Source: an uncultured delta proteobacterium (GTDB lineage Bacteria; Myxococcota_A; Polyangia; Polyangiales; Polyangiaceae). Taken from it: a stretch of DNA of 64,000 bases. Both the position numbers and the translations under genes were made by a program. The stretch covers positions 992,001 to 1,056,000 of the forward strand of contig CAVOKF010000004.1 of the NCBI GenBank assembly GCA_963696385.1, read 5' to 3'. This document shows positions 51,770 through 64,000 of this stretch, piece after piece; the first letter of the stretch is position 1, and each line of letters opens with the position of its first letter. The notes under the pieces were generated by a model. It did no database searches, had not been told where the DNA came from, and was given only the letters and a program-made list of their open reading frames with translations.

Positions 51770-52630
51770 TCAGGGCGTCGTCGCTATCGCGACCGTGCGA
51801 AGCTCCCCTTCGAGTGCGGGCTTGTGCGCGAAAATGGCCTCTACCACCGCAACCGCCAGTTCGCCATGGGAGGCTCCGGCGGTCGGAATCTGCTTCGCCT
51901 TCTCCGCCCGCGCAGGCGGTGCGAAGACGCTTTTGACAATGGTGGGCGAGCCGCGCAAGCCGCATTGGCCAAGATCAGCGATTCCGGCATCGACGGCACT
52001 CCACTTGACGACCTCGGCGCGCGCCGCGCGCAGGGCATCGCCAACCGTGCCTCGGCGGATTTCGTTCGTGCCCTCGAGCATCGTAATCAGGACCGGCAGG
52101 CGGCTCTGAAGCACCTGGGTGCCGCCTTCACCGCGACGCTGCACGCAGATGATGCCCGTCGAGCGGTCGAGGTCATCGATGCGCGAGACATAGGTGAGCT
52201 GGGTGAGCCCCAATCGCTTCGCGATCCCCGGCCCAACCTGCGCCGTGTCGCCGTCGATCGTCTGTTTGCCCGTGAACACAATCGACGGCGCTCCCCATGT
52301 CTCGGAGATCTTGCCGATGGCCGTCGCCAGAGCGTAGGTCGTCGCGAGCGTGTCCGAACCCGCGAACTGACGGTCGGTCAGAAGCACGGCACGGTCGGCG
52401 CCGAAGGTAAGCGCCTTGCGAAGCGCGTCCTCGGCCATCGCTGGACCCATGGTCAGGACGGTCACCTCTCCGCCAAGCCGGTCGCGGAGGACGAGGGCCT
52501 GCTCTAACGCAAAGAGATCGTAAGGGTTGATGATGGCCGGCACGCCCTGGCGCATGATGGTGTTGGTCACCGGATGCACGCGGATCTGAGCGCTGTCGGG
52601 GACTTGCTTCATGCACACGACGATTCGCAC
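51770..52630 (-). CDS. fixA: Electron transfer flavoprotein beta subunit FixA
   Basis: IVVCMKQVPDSAQIRVHPVTNTIMRQGVP, GKQTIDGDTAQVGPGIA, CGLRGSPT. Confidence 0.95.
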   Translation of the reverse strand: MRIVVCMKQVPDSAQIRVHPVTNTIMRQGVPAIINPYDLFALEQALVLRDRLGGEVTVLTMGPAMAEDALRKALTFGADRAVLLTDRQFAGSDTLATTYALATAIGKISETWGAPSIVFTGKQTIDGDTAQVGPGIAKRLGLTQLTYVSRIDDLDRSTGIICVQRRGEGGTQVLQSRLPVLITMLEGTNEIRRGTVGDALRAARAEVVKWSAVDAGIADLGQCGLRGSPTIVKSVFAPPARAEKAKQIPTAGASHGELAVAVVEAIFAHKPALEGELRTVAIATTP

Positions 52631-52632
52631 GG

Positions 52633-53943
52633 CTAGGCTCCCACCGCCGCGCGCACAGAGCGGGGGCCGATGACTTGCTTGTAGAACTCGAGGACCTCTG
52701 TGAGCCCGACGGGGTTCTTGGTAACGGCGGCTCTCGCACGAATCTGTTCGAGAACGAGAGCCACATCGCCCGGGGCGGCAACGACCCCCAACGAGCTCAG
52801 TGCGTGAGCGACCGCAGCGCGGCCCGAGTGCTTGCCGAGGACGATTCGGCGTGTTCGACCGAAGCGCTCGGGCCGCAGTGCCTCGTAGGACTGGGGGTCG
52901 CGCAGCAGGCCTGCGACATGAATGCCCGATTCGTGCGTGAAGGCGGCTGCCCCCACGATGGATTTGCCCTCCGGGATGGGGCGCCGTGCCGTCCGAGCGA
53001 CGAGCTCCGCCAACGCGGGCAGCTGATCGGTGCGAACGCGGGTCGTGCGGCCTGCGATTTCGTCGAGGGCCACAACGACCTCTTCGAGCGCGGCGTTGCC
53101 GGCCCGCTCGCCCAGCCCCAAGACACAAACGCTCACGTGGGTTGCGCCGCCCTGTACCGCGGCGAGCGTATTGGCGGTGGCCAAGCCCAGGTCGTCATGG
53201 CCGTGAAACTCAAGCTCCATGTCCGTCTCGCGGCAGAGACGGCGGAAAATGGAATACGCCTGGAACGGGTCGAGCACGCCGAGCGTGTCGGCGAAGCGAA
53301 ACCGGTGCGCCCCCGCGTCTTCCGCCGCCAGGACCACATCGCAGACGAAGTCGGAAGCGGCGCGGCTCGCGTCCTCGCCGCCCACCGAGACTTCGAAGCC
53401 GTGGTCGCGCGCGTAGCGGACCACGCGTCGAATTCGCGCGAGAACGTCGGCGTGCCTCTCTCCGAGCTTGGCCGCGATTTGGCGCTCGGAGACCGGCACC
53501 GATAGATGCACCCGGCGGAGGCCGGTATGCGTAGCCGCCTTGACGTCCGCCTCGGTCATACGGCACCACGCAATGGCCTGGGACCGATGGAGCGCCGTGC
53601 CAACCGCGGCGACGGCCTCGATTTCGGCGCGTCCCATGGCCGGAATCCCCGCTTCGATTTCTTCGACGCCGGCTTGCTCGAGGGCTCGCGCAATCGCCAC
53701 TTTCTCTTCGAGGTCGAACACGACTCCAGGCGCCTGCTCGCCATCACGTAGCGTGCTGTCGTTGACGACGACGAGCGGCGGCGCCATGCGCGAGACAAAC
53801 GATTGCACCCGATCGAGCGTGGCGGAGACGGCACTCGAGGATGCGCTCGTCGTTGGCTTGTCGGTGCGGCTTGCCCTTGTGCTGTCGGTCCGCGCGGCCT
53901 TGTCCTGCCGCTGGGTGGTCGGACGGTTCTTGCCGTGAATCAT
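52633..53943 (-). CDS. nifV: Homocitrate synthase
   Basis: DSTLRDGEQAPG, HGHDDLGLATAN, GERAGNAALEE, FTHESGIH, LGKHSG; adjacent to nifH. Confidence 0.93.
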   Translation of the reverse strand: MIHGKNRPTTQRQDKAARTDSTRASRTDKPTTSASSSAVSATLDRVQSFVSRMAPPLVVVNDSTLRDGEQAPGVVFDLEEKVAIARALEQAGVEEIEAGIPAMGRAEIEAVAAVGTALHRSQAIAWCRMTEADVKAATHTGLRRVHLSVPVSERQIAAKLGERHADVLARIRRVVRYARDHGFEVSVGGEDASRAASDFVCDVVLAAEDAGAHRFRFADTLGVLDPFQAYSIFRRLCRETDMELEFHGHDDLGLATANTLAAVQGGATHVSVCVLGLGERAGNAALEEVVVALDEIAGRTTRVRTDQLPALAELVARTARRPIPEGKSIVGAAAFTHESGIHVAGLLRDPQSYEALRPERFGRTRRIVLGKHSGRAAVAHALSSLGVVAAPGDVALVLEQIRARAAVTKNPVGLTEVLEFYKQVIGPRSVRAAVGA

Positions 53944-53978
53944 GGCGGTCGTTTCCTGTTCGGTATCGCCCCGGGTAA

Positions 53979-55286
<1,308 letters not shown>

Positions 55287-55388
55287 ACTCCGCTGCACCG
55301 CCGTCGGTCGGGGTCCTCCGGCCTCGGCCGGCGGCGCGCGCATTCGCTCCCTGTCTGATTCCCGTCTGAACGAAAAGAGAAACGTGCC

Positions 55389-56900
55389 ATGGGCCTCGAA
55401 TACTCGAACGATATCGAATTGCACAAGCGCCTCATCGCTCAGGTCCTCGAGGCGTATCCGGACAAGCTGAAGAAGAAACGCCAGAAGCACCTCGGCGTCG
55501 CCGCACCGGGAGCCCCCGCGGTCGGCTCGGAGCCAGAAGCCGATGAAGCGCATGCGGGGGGAACCGAGTGCGACGTCAAGTCCAACATCAAGTCCGTACC
55601 CGGTGTGATGACGATTCGTGGCTGCGCGTACGCCGGCTCCAAGGGCGTCGTTTGGGGCCCCGTCAAAGACATGGTGCACATCAGCCACGGGCCGGTCGGC
55701 TGCGGGCAATACTCGTGGTCGCAGCGGCGCAATTACTACATCGGCACGACGGGCATAGACACGTTCGTCACCATGCAATTTACGTCCGACTTTCAGGAGA
55801 AAGACATCGTCTTCGGTGGCGACAAAAAGCTCGAGAAGATCATCGACGAGATCAACGTTCTCTTCCCGCTCAACAAAGGGATCACGATCCAATCGGAGTG
55901 CCCTATCGGCCTCATCGGCGACGACATCGAAGCGGTCTCCAAGAAGAAGAACAAGGAAACGGGCAAGACCATCGTTCCGGTTCGCTGCGAAGGGTTCCGC
56001 GGAGTCTCCCAGTCGCTCGGGCACCACATCGCCAACGACTCGATTCGCGATTGGGTCTTCGACAAGCGGCCCGTGGAGCACGAGTCGACGCCGTACGACG
56101 TCAACGTTATCGGCGACTACAATATCGGTGGCGACGCGTGGTCGTCGCGCATTTTGCTCGAGGAAATGGGGCTGCGCGTAGTGGGCAACTGGTCCGGAGA
56201 CGCGACGCTCAGCGAGATCGAGCGGGCGCCCAAGTCCAAGCTCAATCTTATCCACTGCTACCGGTCGATGAACTACATCTGCAGGCACATGGAAGAGAAG
56301 TACGGCATGCCCTGGATCGAGTACAACTTCTTCGGCCCTTCGCAGATTTCCGACTCGATCCGCCGTATCGCCAATCTCTTCGACGACAAGATCAAAGAAG
56401 GTGCCGAGCGGGTGATTGCGAAGTATCAGCCTCTGGTCGACAAGATCATCGCGCGGTACCGCCCGCGCCTCGAGGGCAAGCGGGTGATGCTCTACGTCGG
56501 CGGCCTCCGGCCGAGGCACGTCATCACCGCGTACGAAGACCTGGGTATGCAGATCATCGGCACCGGCTACGAGTTCGGGCACAACGACGACTACCAGCGT
56601 ACAGGCCATTACGCCAAAGAGGGCACGCTCATTTACGACGACGTCACAGCCTTCGAGCTCGAGAAGTTCATCGAGACGCTGCGGCCCGACCTCGTGGGCT
56701 CGGGAATCAAAGAGAAGTACCCCGTACAGAAGATGGGCATTCCGTTTCGGCAGATGCATTCATGGGACTACTCGGGTCCGTACCACGGATACGATGGCTT
56801 CGCGATCTTCGCGCGCGACATGGACCTTGCCATCAATAACCCCGTCTGGAACTACTTCAAGGCGCCGTGGAAGGCCAAGGTCGCCGCGGCCGCCGAGTGA
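55389..56900 (+). CDS. nifD: Nitrogenase MoFe protein alpha chain
   Basis: [32 protein letters not shown]. Confidence 0.99.
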   Translation: MGLEYSNDIELHKRLIAQVLEAYPDKLKKKRQKHLGVAAPGAPAVGSEPEADEAHAGGTECDVKSNIKSVPGVMTIRGCAYAGSKGVVWGPVKDMVHISHGPVGCGQYSWSQRRNYYIGTTGIDTFVTMQFTSDFQEKDIVFGGDKKLEKIIDEINVLFPLNKGITIQSECPIGLIGDDIEAVSKKKNKETGKTIVPVRCEGFRGVSQSLGHHIANDSIRDWVFDKRPVEHESTPYDVNVIGDYNIGGDAWSSRILLEEMGLRVVGNWSGDATLSEIERAPKSKLNLIHCYRSMNYICRHMEEKYGMPWIEYNFFGPSQISDSIRRIANLFDDKIKEGAERVIAKYQPLVDKIIARYRPRLEGKRVMLYVGGLRPRHVITAYEDLGMQIIGTGYEFGHNDDYQRTGHYAKEGTLIYDDVTAFELEKFIETLRPDLVGSGIKEKYPVQKMGIPFRQMHSWDYSGPYHGYDGFAIFARDMDLAINNPVWNYFKAPWKAKVAAAAE

Positions 56901-57109
56901 GTGCACTCGACTGACTTGTCTTCGCTTCGCAAGCGGGCCCCGCGGAAGCGGGGCGCCGGGGCCTCGTGAGCGCGCACAGTGGCTTGCCCGCGCGGCATGG
57001 CTCGCGCCGCCGCCACCCGTATCCCTCTGAAATCGATTGGACGACTCACGTGTAAGAAGGCGGTCGCGAAGGGCGACGCCCCGTTTCCAGGAAAGCCGAG
57101 GATTTGGTC

Positions 57110-58645
57110 ATGCCGCAATCAGCCGATGACGTGCTCGATCACGCGCCGCTCTTCCGAGAGCCGGAGTATCGCGAGATGCTCGCCCGAAAAGGGGCAACCG
57201 AAGGGATGCCGCCCAAGGACCAGGTGAAGGAGATCGCCGACTGGACCAAGTCGTGGGAGTACCGCGAAAAAAACCTGGCGCGCGAGTCGCTGACGGTCAA
57301 CCCGGCCAAAGCGTGTCAACCCCTTGGTGCGGTTTTTTGCTCCGCGGGTTTCGAGAAGACGATGAGCTTCGTGCACGGGTCGCAAGGCTGCGTCGCCTAC
57401 TACCGGTCGCATCTGGCGCGCCACTTCAAGGAGCCCTCGTCGGCCGTCTCGTCGTCGATGACCGAGGACGCGGCCGTCTTCGGTGGATTGAACAACATGG
57501 TCGATGGATTGGCCAATACGTTCAAGCTCTACGAACCGAAAATGATCGCGGTGTCGACGACGTGCATGGCAGAGGTCATCGGGGACGACTTGAACGCCTT
57601 CATCAACACGTCGAAGCAAAAGGGGTCGGTTCCCCAGGACTTCGACGTTCCCTTCGCGCACACTCCAGCGTTCGTCGGCAGCCACGTCACGGGCTACGAC
57701 AACATGCTCAAAGGAATTCTCGACAACTTCTGGAAGGGCAAGGAGCGGACCCCGGAGGAGAGAATCAACATCATCCCAGGCTTCGACGGCTTTGCCGTCG
57801 GCAACGTCCGCGAGATGAAACGCGTTCTCGACTTGATGGGTGTCCAGTACACCGTTCTGTCGGATGTCTCCGACCAGTACGACACGCCCTCGGACGGCGA
57901 GTACCGGATGTTCGCGGGCGGCACGACCCTTGACGACACCAAGGCCGCGTTGCATGCGACGGCCACACTGTCGATGCAAGAATATTGCACGAGCAAGACG
58001 TTGGAGTACGCGGCCAGTCACGGACAAGCGGTCAGCGCGCTCCACTACCCTATGGGCGTGGGGGGGACCGACGAGTTCTTGATGAAAGTCTCGGAGTTGA
58101 CGGGCAAGGCCATTCCGCCGGCGCTCGAGCTCGAGCGGGGGCGCCTGCTCGACGCCATGGCCGACAGCCAGGGGTGGCTTCACGGTAAGACGTATGGAAT
58201 CTACGGCGATCCCGACTTCGTCTACGGCATGGCGCGCTTCATCCTGGAGACGGGCGGCGAGCCCGTGCACTGTCTATCCACCAACGGGAGCAAGGCCTGG
58301 GCGGAGCAAATGCAAGCCCTCTTCGACTCGTCACCTTTCGGAAATTCGTGCAAGGCCTGGCCGGGCAAAGATCTCTGGCACATGCGGTCGCTGCTTGCGA
58401 CGGAGCGGGTCAACCTGCTCATCGGCAATAGCTACGGCAAATACCTCGAGCGCGACGTCGGCACGCCGCTCATCCGCCTCATGTTCCCCATCTTCGACCG
58501 CCATCACCATCATCGTTTTCCGGTCTGGGGGTATCAGGGCGCGCTCCGCGTCCTGGTCATGCTTCTCGACAAGATCTTCGACAAGCTCGACGACGACACG
58601 ATCGTCCCGGCCGAGACCGACTATTCGTACGACCTGACGCGTTGA
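57110..58645 (+). CDS. nifK: Nitrogenase MoFe protein beta chain
   Basis: [32 protein letters not shown]. Confidence 0.99.
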   Translation: MPQSADDVLDHAPLFREPEYREMLARKGATEGMPPKDQVKEIADWTKSWEYREKNLARESLTVNPAKACQPLGAVFCSAGFEKTMSFVHGSQGCVAYYRSHLARHFKEPSSAVSSSMTEDAAVFGGLNNMVDGLANTFKLYEPKMIAVSTTCMAEVIGDDLNAFINTSKQKGSVPQDFDVPFAHTPAFVGSHVTGYDNMLKGILDNFWKGKERTPEERINIIPGFDGFAVGNVREMKRVLDLMGVQYTVLSDVSDQYDTPSDGEYRMFAGGTTLDDTKAALHATATLSMQEYCTSKTLEYAASHGQAVSALHYPMGVGGTDEFLMKVSELTGKAIPPALELERGRLLDAMADSQGWLHGKTYGIYGDPDFVYGMARFILETGGEPVHCLSTNGSKAWAEQMQALFDSSPFGNSCKAWPGKDLWHMRSLLATERVNLLIGNSYGKYLERDVGTPLIRLMFPIFDRHHHHRFPVWGYQGALRVLVMLLDKIFDKLDDDTIVPAETDYSYDLTR

Positions 58646-58728
58646 CGCGGCCCTCCGGTGCCGTCTGATCGACGGGCGCCCGTGGATTGCCCTGGTCTGC
58701 TGCCGTTTTGCCCTTTGAGGAGGACCCT

Positions 58729-60199
58729 GTGAGCGATGCACTGAAGGTCAAGATCGCCGATGTCTTCAATGAGCCCGGTTGCGAAAAGAACAAGGACAAA
58801 GGGGCGAAAGAGAAGAAGAAGGGGTGCTCCAAAGCGCTCACTCCCGGCGCCGCCGCAGGGGGTTGCGCATTCGACGGGGCAAAGATCGCGCTTCAGCCGA
58901 TTACCGACGTCGTGCATCTGGTGCACGGGCCTCTGGCCTGCGAAGGCAACGGATGGGACAATCGCCACGCCGCGAGCTCGGGGCCAACGACCTACAGGCA
59001 GGGGTTCACGACGGACATTTCCGAGATGGACATCGTGATGGGCAATGGCGAAAAGCGCCTTTACCGCGCGATCAAGGAAATCGTCAGCAAAGTACGCGCC
59101 GCCGGCCATTTTCGTCTATTCGACCTGCGTCACCGCGCTCATCGGAGACGACCTCGATGCCGTGTGCAAGCACGCGACCGAGAAATATGGAACGCCCGTC
59201 GTACCGGTGAACGCGCCGGGGTTCGTCGGATCGAAGAACCTCGGAAATAAACTCGGAGGCGAGGCCCTGCTCGACCACGTCATCGGAACGATCGAGCCCG
59301 ACGACGTGACGCCGCTCGATATCAATATTCTGGGCGAATACAACCTGTCGGGCGAGCTTTGGCAGGTCCTGCCGCTGTTCGAAAAGCTCGGGATCCGGGT
59401 ACGCGCGTGCATCACCGGCGATGCCCGCTACAAGGACGTAGCGTCGTCCCACCGCGCAAACGTCAATATGATGGTGTGCTCGACGGCGCTCATCAATCTG
59501 GCCCGCAAGATGGAGGAGCGGTACGGGATTCCGTACTTCGAGGGGTCGTTCTACGGGATCGAAGACACGTCGACGGCGCTCCGCACCACGGCGCGGATGC
59601 TGGTCGAACGCGGAGCGCCCCCGGACCTTCTGGCACGTACCGAAGCGCTCGTCGCGGCCGAGGAGGCGCGGGCCTGGGCCCGCATCGGCTCGTTCAAGGA
59701 ACGACTTCAGGGAAAGCGCGTGCTGCTCTACACGGGAGGCGTCAAATCTTGGTCGGTCGTGTCCGCTCTGCAGGAGATGGGCATGATCGTCGTGGGAACG
59801 TCGGTCCGCAAGTCGACCAAGGAGGACAAGGAGCGCATCAAAGAGATCATGAAAGGCGACCCGCACTTGGTCGAATCGATCCCACCGCGCGAGATGTACG
59901 CCCAGTTGAAGAGGGGCGATGCCGACATTTTGCTCTCGGGCGGACGCACGCAATTCGTGGCGCTCAAGGCCAAGATGCCCTGGCTCGATATCAACCAAGA
60001 ACGGCACCACGCGTATGGGGGATACGACGGGATGGTGGAGCTCGTCCGACAGCTCGACCTCGAGATCAATAGTCCGATCTGGGACGACGTGCGCCGGCCG
60101 GCGCCATGGGACTGCCCGGCCCCGAACGCGAGGCGAGACTCACAGGAGGGTGCGAAGGCGGACCGTGCGATGTCCCTCGCATCCACCGCTCGGAGCTAG
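58729..60199 (+). pseudogene. nifE: FeMo-co scaffold NifE with a +1 frameshift at ~59089-59091 (possibly an assembly error)
   Basis: GGCAFDGA and HGPLAC in one frame; TCVTALIGDD, GEYNLSGE, YTGGVKSWS, DINQERH in another. Confidence 0.92.
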
Positions 60200-60203
60200 C
60201 GCC

Positions 60204-61604
60204 ATGGGCCGTGTGACACCGTCGAAGAAAGCGTGCGCGGTCAATCCGCTCAAGTCGTCGACGCCGCTCGGGGCGGCGCTGGCGTACCTGGGTGTCGAAG
60301 GGGCCGTCCCGCTCTTTCACGGGTCGCAAGGTTGCACATCGTTCGCCCTGGTGCTGTCGGTTCGCCATTTCAAAGAAGCCATTCCGCTTCAGACGACGGC
60401 GATGGACGAGGCGGCGACCGTCCTCGGCGGCGCCGACAACCTCGAAGAGGCCATCATGGTCCTCAAGACCCGAATGAAACCATTGTTTATCGGGGTGGCA
60501 TCGACCGCCCTGGTGGAGACCCAAGGAGAAGACTTCGTAGGCGAATTGGCGTCCATCCTCGAGCGCCGGGGGCCCGAGCTCGAAGGCACGCAAGTCGTCT
60601 TCGCCTCGACCCCGGACTTCAAAGGGGCGCTCGAGGACGGATGGGCCAAAGCCACGACGGCGATTATCGAGGCGCTCGTCGCCGCCACCCCCTCGACGGG
60701 GCCCGCGGCCGCCTTGCCGAAGGTCAACGTCCTGCCCGGGGTGCACCAAACGCCCGCCGACATCGAGGAGCTCGCCGACGTGATTCGGAGCTTCGGGCTC
60801 GCCCCCATGTTTCTGCCCGACGTCTCCGGGTCGCTCGATGGCCACGTGCCCGACGCCTACGTCGGCACGAGCATGGGGGGAGCCCGCCTGGCAGAGATCG
60901 CGCGCATGGGCGAGGCGGTCCACACGATCGCCATCGGCGAGCACATGCGAGCGCCCGCCGAGGCGCTCGCCAAACGCACGGGCGGGACGGCCACGGTCCT
61001 CTCGACACTCACGGGATTGGAACCGTCGGACCGTCTGGTGGCGCTTCTGCAGGAGGTGTCGGGTCGGCCAGCCGGCGCGCGCTTGCGGCGGCAGCGCAGC
61101 CAGCTGATCGACGCGATGCTCGACAGCCACTTTCACTTCGGGGGCAAGCGCGTCGCCATTGCGGCAGACCCCGACCTTCTCTACACGCTCGTCAACCTGT
61201 TCGTGGCCATGGGCTCGGACGTCTGCGTGGCCATCGCGTCGACCGACGCCTCCCCGCTCCTGGAGCACCTGAAGTGCAACGTGGTGGTCGGCGATTTGGC
61301 CGACCTCGAGGAAGCTGCGGGGTGCGCGAAGGTCGACCTGCTCGTCGCCCACAGCCATGGCCGGCAAGCTGCCCACCGCCTCGGAATCCCGCTCTTTCGC
61401 GTGGGCTTTCCGGTCTTCGATCGGCTCGGCGTTCAGCATCGTTGCAGCGTGGGATACAGCGGAACGCGCCAGCTCATCACCGAACTCGCCAACATTCTCA
61501 TGGCCCAGATGCACGAGCACGCGCCGGCGGACTTCGCCGACGCCGTGCCACCCGATCCCATCGTGGAGGATACCCGGTATGGCCATGCGATTGCACAGCC
61601 TTGA
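60204..61604 (+). CDS. nifN: FeMo-co scaffold NifN
   Basis: NPLKSS.PLGA, HGSQGCTSF, PLQTTAM. Confidence 0.96.
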   Translation: MGRVTPSKKACAVNPLKSSTPLGAALAYLGVEGAVPLFHGSQGCTSFALVLSVRHFKEAIPLQTTAMDEAATVLGGADNLEEAIMVLKTRMKPLFIGVASTALVETQGEDFVGELASILERRGPELEGTQVVFASTPDFKGALEDGWAKATTAIIEALVAATPSTGPAAALPKVNVLPGVHQTPADIEELADVIRSFGLAPMFLPDVSGSLDGHVPDAYVGTSMGGARLAEIARMGEAVHTIAIGEHMRAPAEALAKRTGGTATVLSTLTGLEPSDRLVALLQEVSGRPAGARLRRQRSQLIDAMLDSHFHFGGKRVAIAADPDLLYTLVNLFVAMGSDVCVAIASTDASPLLEHLKCNVVVGDLADLEEAAGCAKVDLLVAHSHGRQAAHRLGIPLFRVGFPVFDRLGVQHRCSVGYSGTRQLITELANILMAQMHEHAPADFADAVPPDPIVEDTRYGHAIAQP

Positions 61605-62067
61605 AGTCACCGAGAATGGTTGCGACGAGGAACCGGGGCCGAGACTCCGTATCGCCATTGCAAGCCGTGATGGGCAAGCGCTCAACGCGCACTTCGGATC
61701 GGCCGAGAAGTTCATGGTTTACGACGTGAGCCCCCGGAGCCACGCATTCGTCAAGACGATCGAGATGAGCCAGGTGTCGGACGAATCGGGCGATCACAAG
61801 GCCGAGAGCGAGGACAAAAACGAGCGTAAAATCGCGTCGCTTGCCGGGTGCAACATCGTGTTCGTCCTCGCCATCGGGGGTCCGGTCGCGGCCAAAGTCA
61901 TTGCGGCCAAGATTCATCCCATCAAGATTGCCGAGCCCGAATCCATCGATTCGGTGATTTCGAACGTTCAGAAACTCATCAAGGCGGATCCGCCGCCGTG
62001 GCTTCGCAAAGTGCTCGCGACGAACCCGTCGCGGTCGATGACATTCTTGGACGACGACGACGGATGA
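61579..62067 (+). CDS. nifX: FeMo-co carrier NifX
   Basis: LNAHFGSA, AIGGPVAAKV, PPPWLRK. Confidence 0.95.
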   Translation: MAMRLHSLEVTENGCDEEPGPRLRIAIASRDGQALNAHFGSAEKFMVYDVSPRSHAFVKTIEMSQVSDESGDHKAESEDKNERKIASLAGCNIVFVLAIGGPVAAKVIAAKIHPIKIAEPESIDSVISNVQKLIKADPPPWLRKVLATNPSRSMTFLDDDDG

Positions 62068-62110
62068 CGGTTCAAGGATGGCGCGTTTGTGGGATACCGC
62101 ACGTTCTCTT

Positions 62111-62126
62111 TGTTGCACTCATGACA
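62111..62126. promoter_or_regulatory. NifA-type UAS
   Basis: TGT-TGCACTCATG-ACA; an imperfect second site lies at 62088-62103. Confidence 0.65.
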
Positions 62127-62166
62127 CCGCACTGCGCGAAATGCGTCGGAGCGCAGGTTTTTCGCT

Positions 62167-62182
62167 TGGCGCGAGGATTGCT
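62167..62182 (+). promoter_or_regulatory. sigma54 promoter of nifB
   Basis: TGGCGC-GAGGA-TTGCT. Confidence 0.8.
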
Positions 62183-62235
62183 CGTCTCTCGTGGCATCGT
62201 TTTTCCTGGACCCTCACCCTAAGGCGTAAACCCAC

Positions 62236-63840
62236 ATGGCTCAGCTCATTTCGCTTGATAGCCTCAAAGGCCCTGTGTCCAGCGTCGGCATGCAGCAGGC
62301 GGTCGCCAAGACGGCTTCGCCGATGGTGTCGCTCGACGCGTTGACCGGTCCCGTCACCTCCGAGGACATGCGCAAGGCCCTTTCGTCCAAGTCGGGGTGC
62401 GAGTCCACGTCGAGTTGCGGCACCTCGGACACCAAAGACGACATGGCGGCGGAGATCTGGGAGAAGGTCAAAGACCATCCTTGCTACTCGGAAGAAGCGC
62501 ACCACTACTTCGCACGCATGCACGTGGCGGTGGCGCCAGCGTGCAACATCCAGTGCAACTACTGCAATCGCAAGTACGACTGTTCCAACGAGAGCCGCCC
62601 AGGCGTCGTTTCGGAGAAGCTCACGCCGGAGCAAGCCATGCGCAAAGTGATCGCCGTCGCGAGCGAGGTGCCGCAGCTCTCGGTCCTCGGGATCGCAGGC
62701 CCCGGCGACGCTTGCTACGACTTCAAGAAGACCAAGGCCACCTTCGAGGGCATCGTCAAGCACATTCCCGACATCAAGCTCTGCATCTCGACCAACGGCC
62801 TCGCGCTGCCCGATCACGTGGACGAAATCGCGAAGATGAACATCGACCACGTGACGCTCACGATCAACATGGTCGACCCGGAGATCGGAACGAAGATCTA
62901 CCCGTGGATCTATTACAAGAACAAGCGCTGGACCGGCCTCGAGGCGTCCAAGATCCTTCACGAACGCCAAATGCAGGGGCTCGAGATGCTCACGGAGCGG
63001 AAGATCCTTTGCAAGGTCAACTCCGTCATGATTCCCGGAGTCAATGACGAGCACCTCGTCGAGGTCAACCAGGTCGTCAAAAAGAAAGGGGCTTTTTTGC
63101 ACAACATCATGCCGCTCATCTCCGCCCCGGAGCACGGCACCGTCTACGGCCTCAACGGACAGCGCGGACCGCGGGCCATGGAGCTCAAGGCCCTGCAAGA
63201 CAAGCTTTCGCACGGCACGAAGCTCATGCGCCACTGCCGTCAGTGCCGGGCCGACGCGGTGGGACTCCTCGGCGAAGATCGCGGGCAAGAGTTCACGATG
63301 GACCAAGTGCCCGACGAGGTGTCGTACGACCCGACCAAGCGCGAGAAATACCGCGAGCTCGTCGCCCAAGAGCGCGGCGAGCACGTGGCCACGCGAGAAG
63401 CAGCCAGCGAGCAGCTCGCCGGTCTGGCCCTGGGAGCCTCGGTCCTCGTGGCGATCGCCACGAAGGGCAACGGCCGGATCAATCAGCACTTCGGACACGC
63501 CAAGGAGTTTCAGGTCTACGAAGTGTCGCGCAAGGGCGTGGAATTCATCGGCCATCGCAAAGTCGACGAGTACTGCAAGGGCGGATGGGGCGAGGACGCG
63601 TCGCTGGACGGCGTGATTGCGGCCTTGGAGGGCGTCACGGTCGTCCTCTGCGCAAAGATCGGGGAGTGCCCCAAAGACAGCCTGACCCAGGCCGGCATTC
63701 AGGCGACCGACAAGTACGCGCACGACTGGATCGAGGGCGGCATCGTGGCGTGGTACGAGGCCACCTACGGATCCGCGCCCGCGCGGGCGTCCACACCGCC
63801 GACTGCAACGTCGGCTCCTACCGTGGCCCATGTCGCGTAA
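62236..63840 (+). CDS. nifB: Radical-SAM NifB with C-terminal NifX-like domain
   Basis: HPC, CNIQCNYC, ESRPG, AGPGD, CRQCRADA, INQHFGHA. Confidence 0.98.
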   Translation: MAQLISLDSLKGPVSSVGMQQAVAKTASPMVSLDALTGPVTSEDMRKALSSKSGCESTSSCGTSDTKDDMAAEIWEKVKDHPCYSEEAHHYFARMHVAVAPACNIQCNYCNRKYDCSNESRPGVVSEKLTPEQAMRKVIAVASEVPQLSVLGIAGPGDACYDFKKTKATFEGIVKHIPDIKLCISTNGLALPDHVDEIAKMNIDHVTLTINMVDPEIGTKIYPWIYYKNKRWTGLEASKILHERQMQGLEMLTERKILCKVNSVMIPGVNDEHLVEVNQVVKKKGAFLHNIMPLISAPEHGTVYGLNGQRGPRAMELKALQDKLSHGTKLMRHCRQCRADAVGLLGEDRGQEFTMDQVPDEVSYDPTKREKYRELVAQERGEHVATREAASEQLAGLALGASVLVAIATKGNGRINQHFGHAKEFQVYEVSRKGVEFIGHRKVDEYCKGGWGEDASLDGVIAALEGVTVVLCAKIGECPKDSLTQAGIQATDKYAHDWIEGGIVAWYEATYGSAPARASTPPTATSAPTVAHVA

Positions 63841-64000
63841 CGAGGCCAGGGATAGGTCGAAGCCTTCCGAGTCGCGGCGCGACGAAGCCGACGACATTGG
63901 CGAAAAGGTCGATTGGCTCGGCCAGCCCGTCCGTTGCTCGGATTGCCCTCACCACGGGCTTCGCGACGTGGGGGGCTGCCAGGAGGGCCGCGCGTGCGTG
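63830..64000 (+). CDS. Second LRV 4Fe-4S protein (partial, runs off the window)
   Basis: VDWLGQPVRCSDCPH...GCQEGRACV. Confidence 0.85.
   Translation, partial: MSRNEARDRSKPSESRRDEADDIGEKVDWLGQPVRCSDCPHHGLRDVGGCQEGRACV

Noticed and set aside
56901..57109. vnfG/anfG (alternative nitrogenase)
   Set aside because: No suitable ORF between nifD and nifK; the sequences and mod genes indicate the Mo enzyme.

Overview
GC-rich bacterial DNA, inferred to be myxobacterial (Polyangiaceae-like) from its Asp/Ala/Gly-linker lipoproteins, an FHA-type sigma54 regulator and a Pkn kinase remnant. It has three zones. (1) 1-20 kb: an Omp85 gene, tamA-tamB and a partly decayed glycogen/trehalose cluster (glgX intact; treY, debranching enzyme and GH15 disrupted). 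(2) ~20-45 kb: a mosaic accessory region punctuated by at least six copies of an unannotated ~110-bp repeat containing an 11-6-11 Xer/dif-like site. The copies border small cargo modules (three intact toxin-antitoxin pairs, hydrolase, FMN reductase, LamG lipoprotein) and sit where neighbouring genes are cut off. A complete IS110/IS1111 element is inserted in one copy, and its downstream non-coding end carries guide-like motifs matching both the repeat and its own end (candidate bridge/seek RNA). (3) 45-64 kb: a Mo-nitrogenase island (modAB, modC pseudogene, mop, iscS, two LRV Fe-S proteins, bfr/bfd, fixA, nifV, nifHDKENX, nifB) that looks alphaproteobacterial, with NifA-type UAS and sigma54 promoters and a frameshifted nifE. 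All calls come from reading the sequence; no searches were run.
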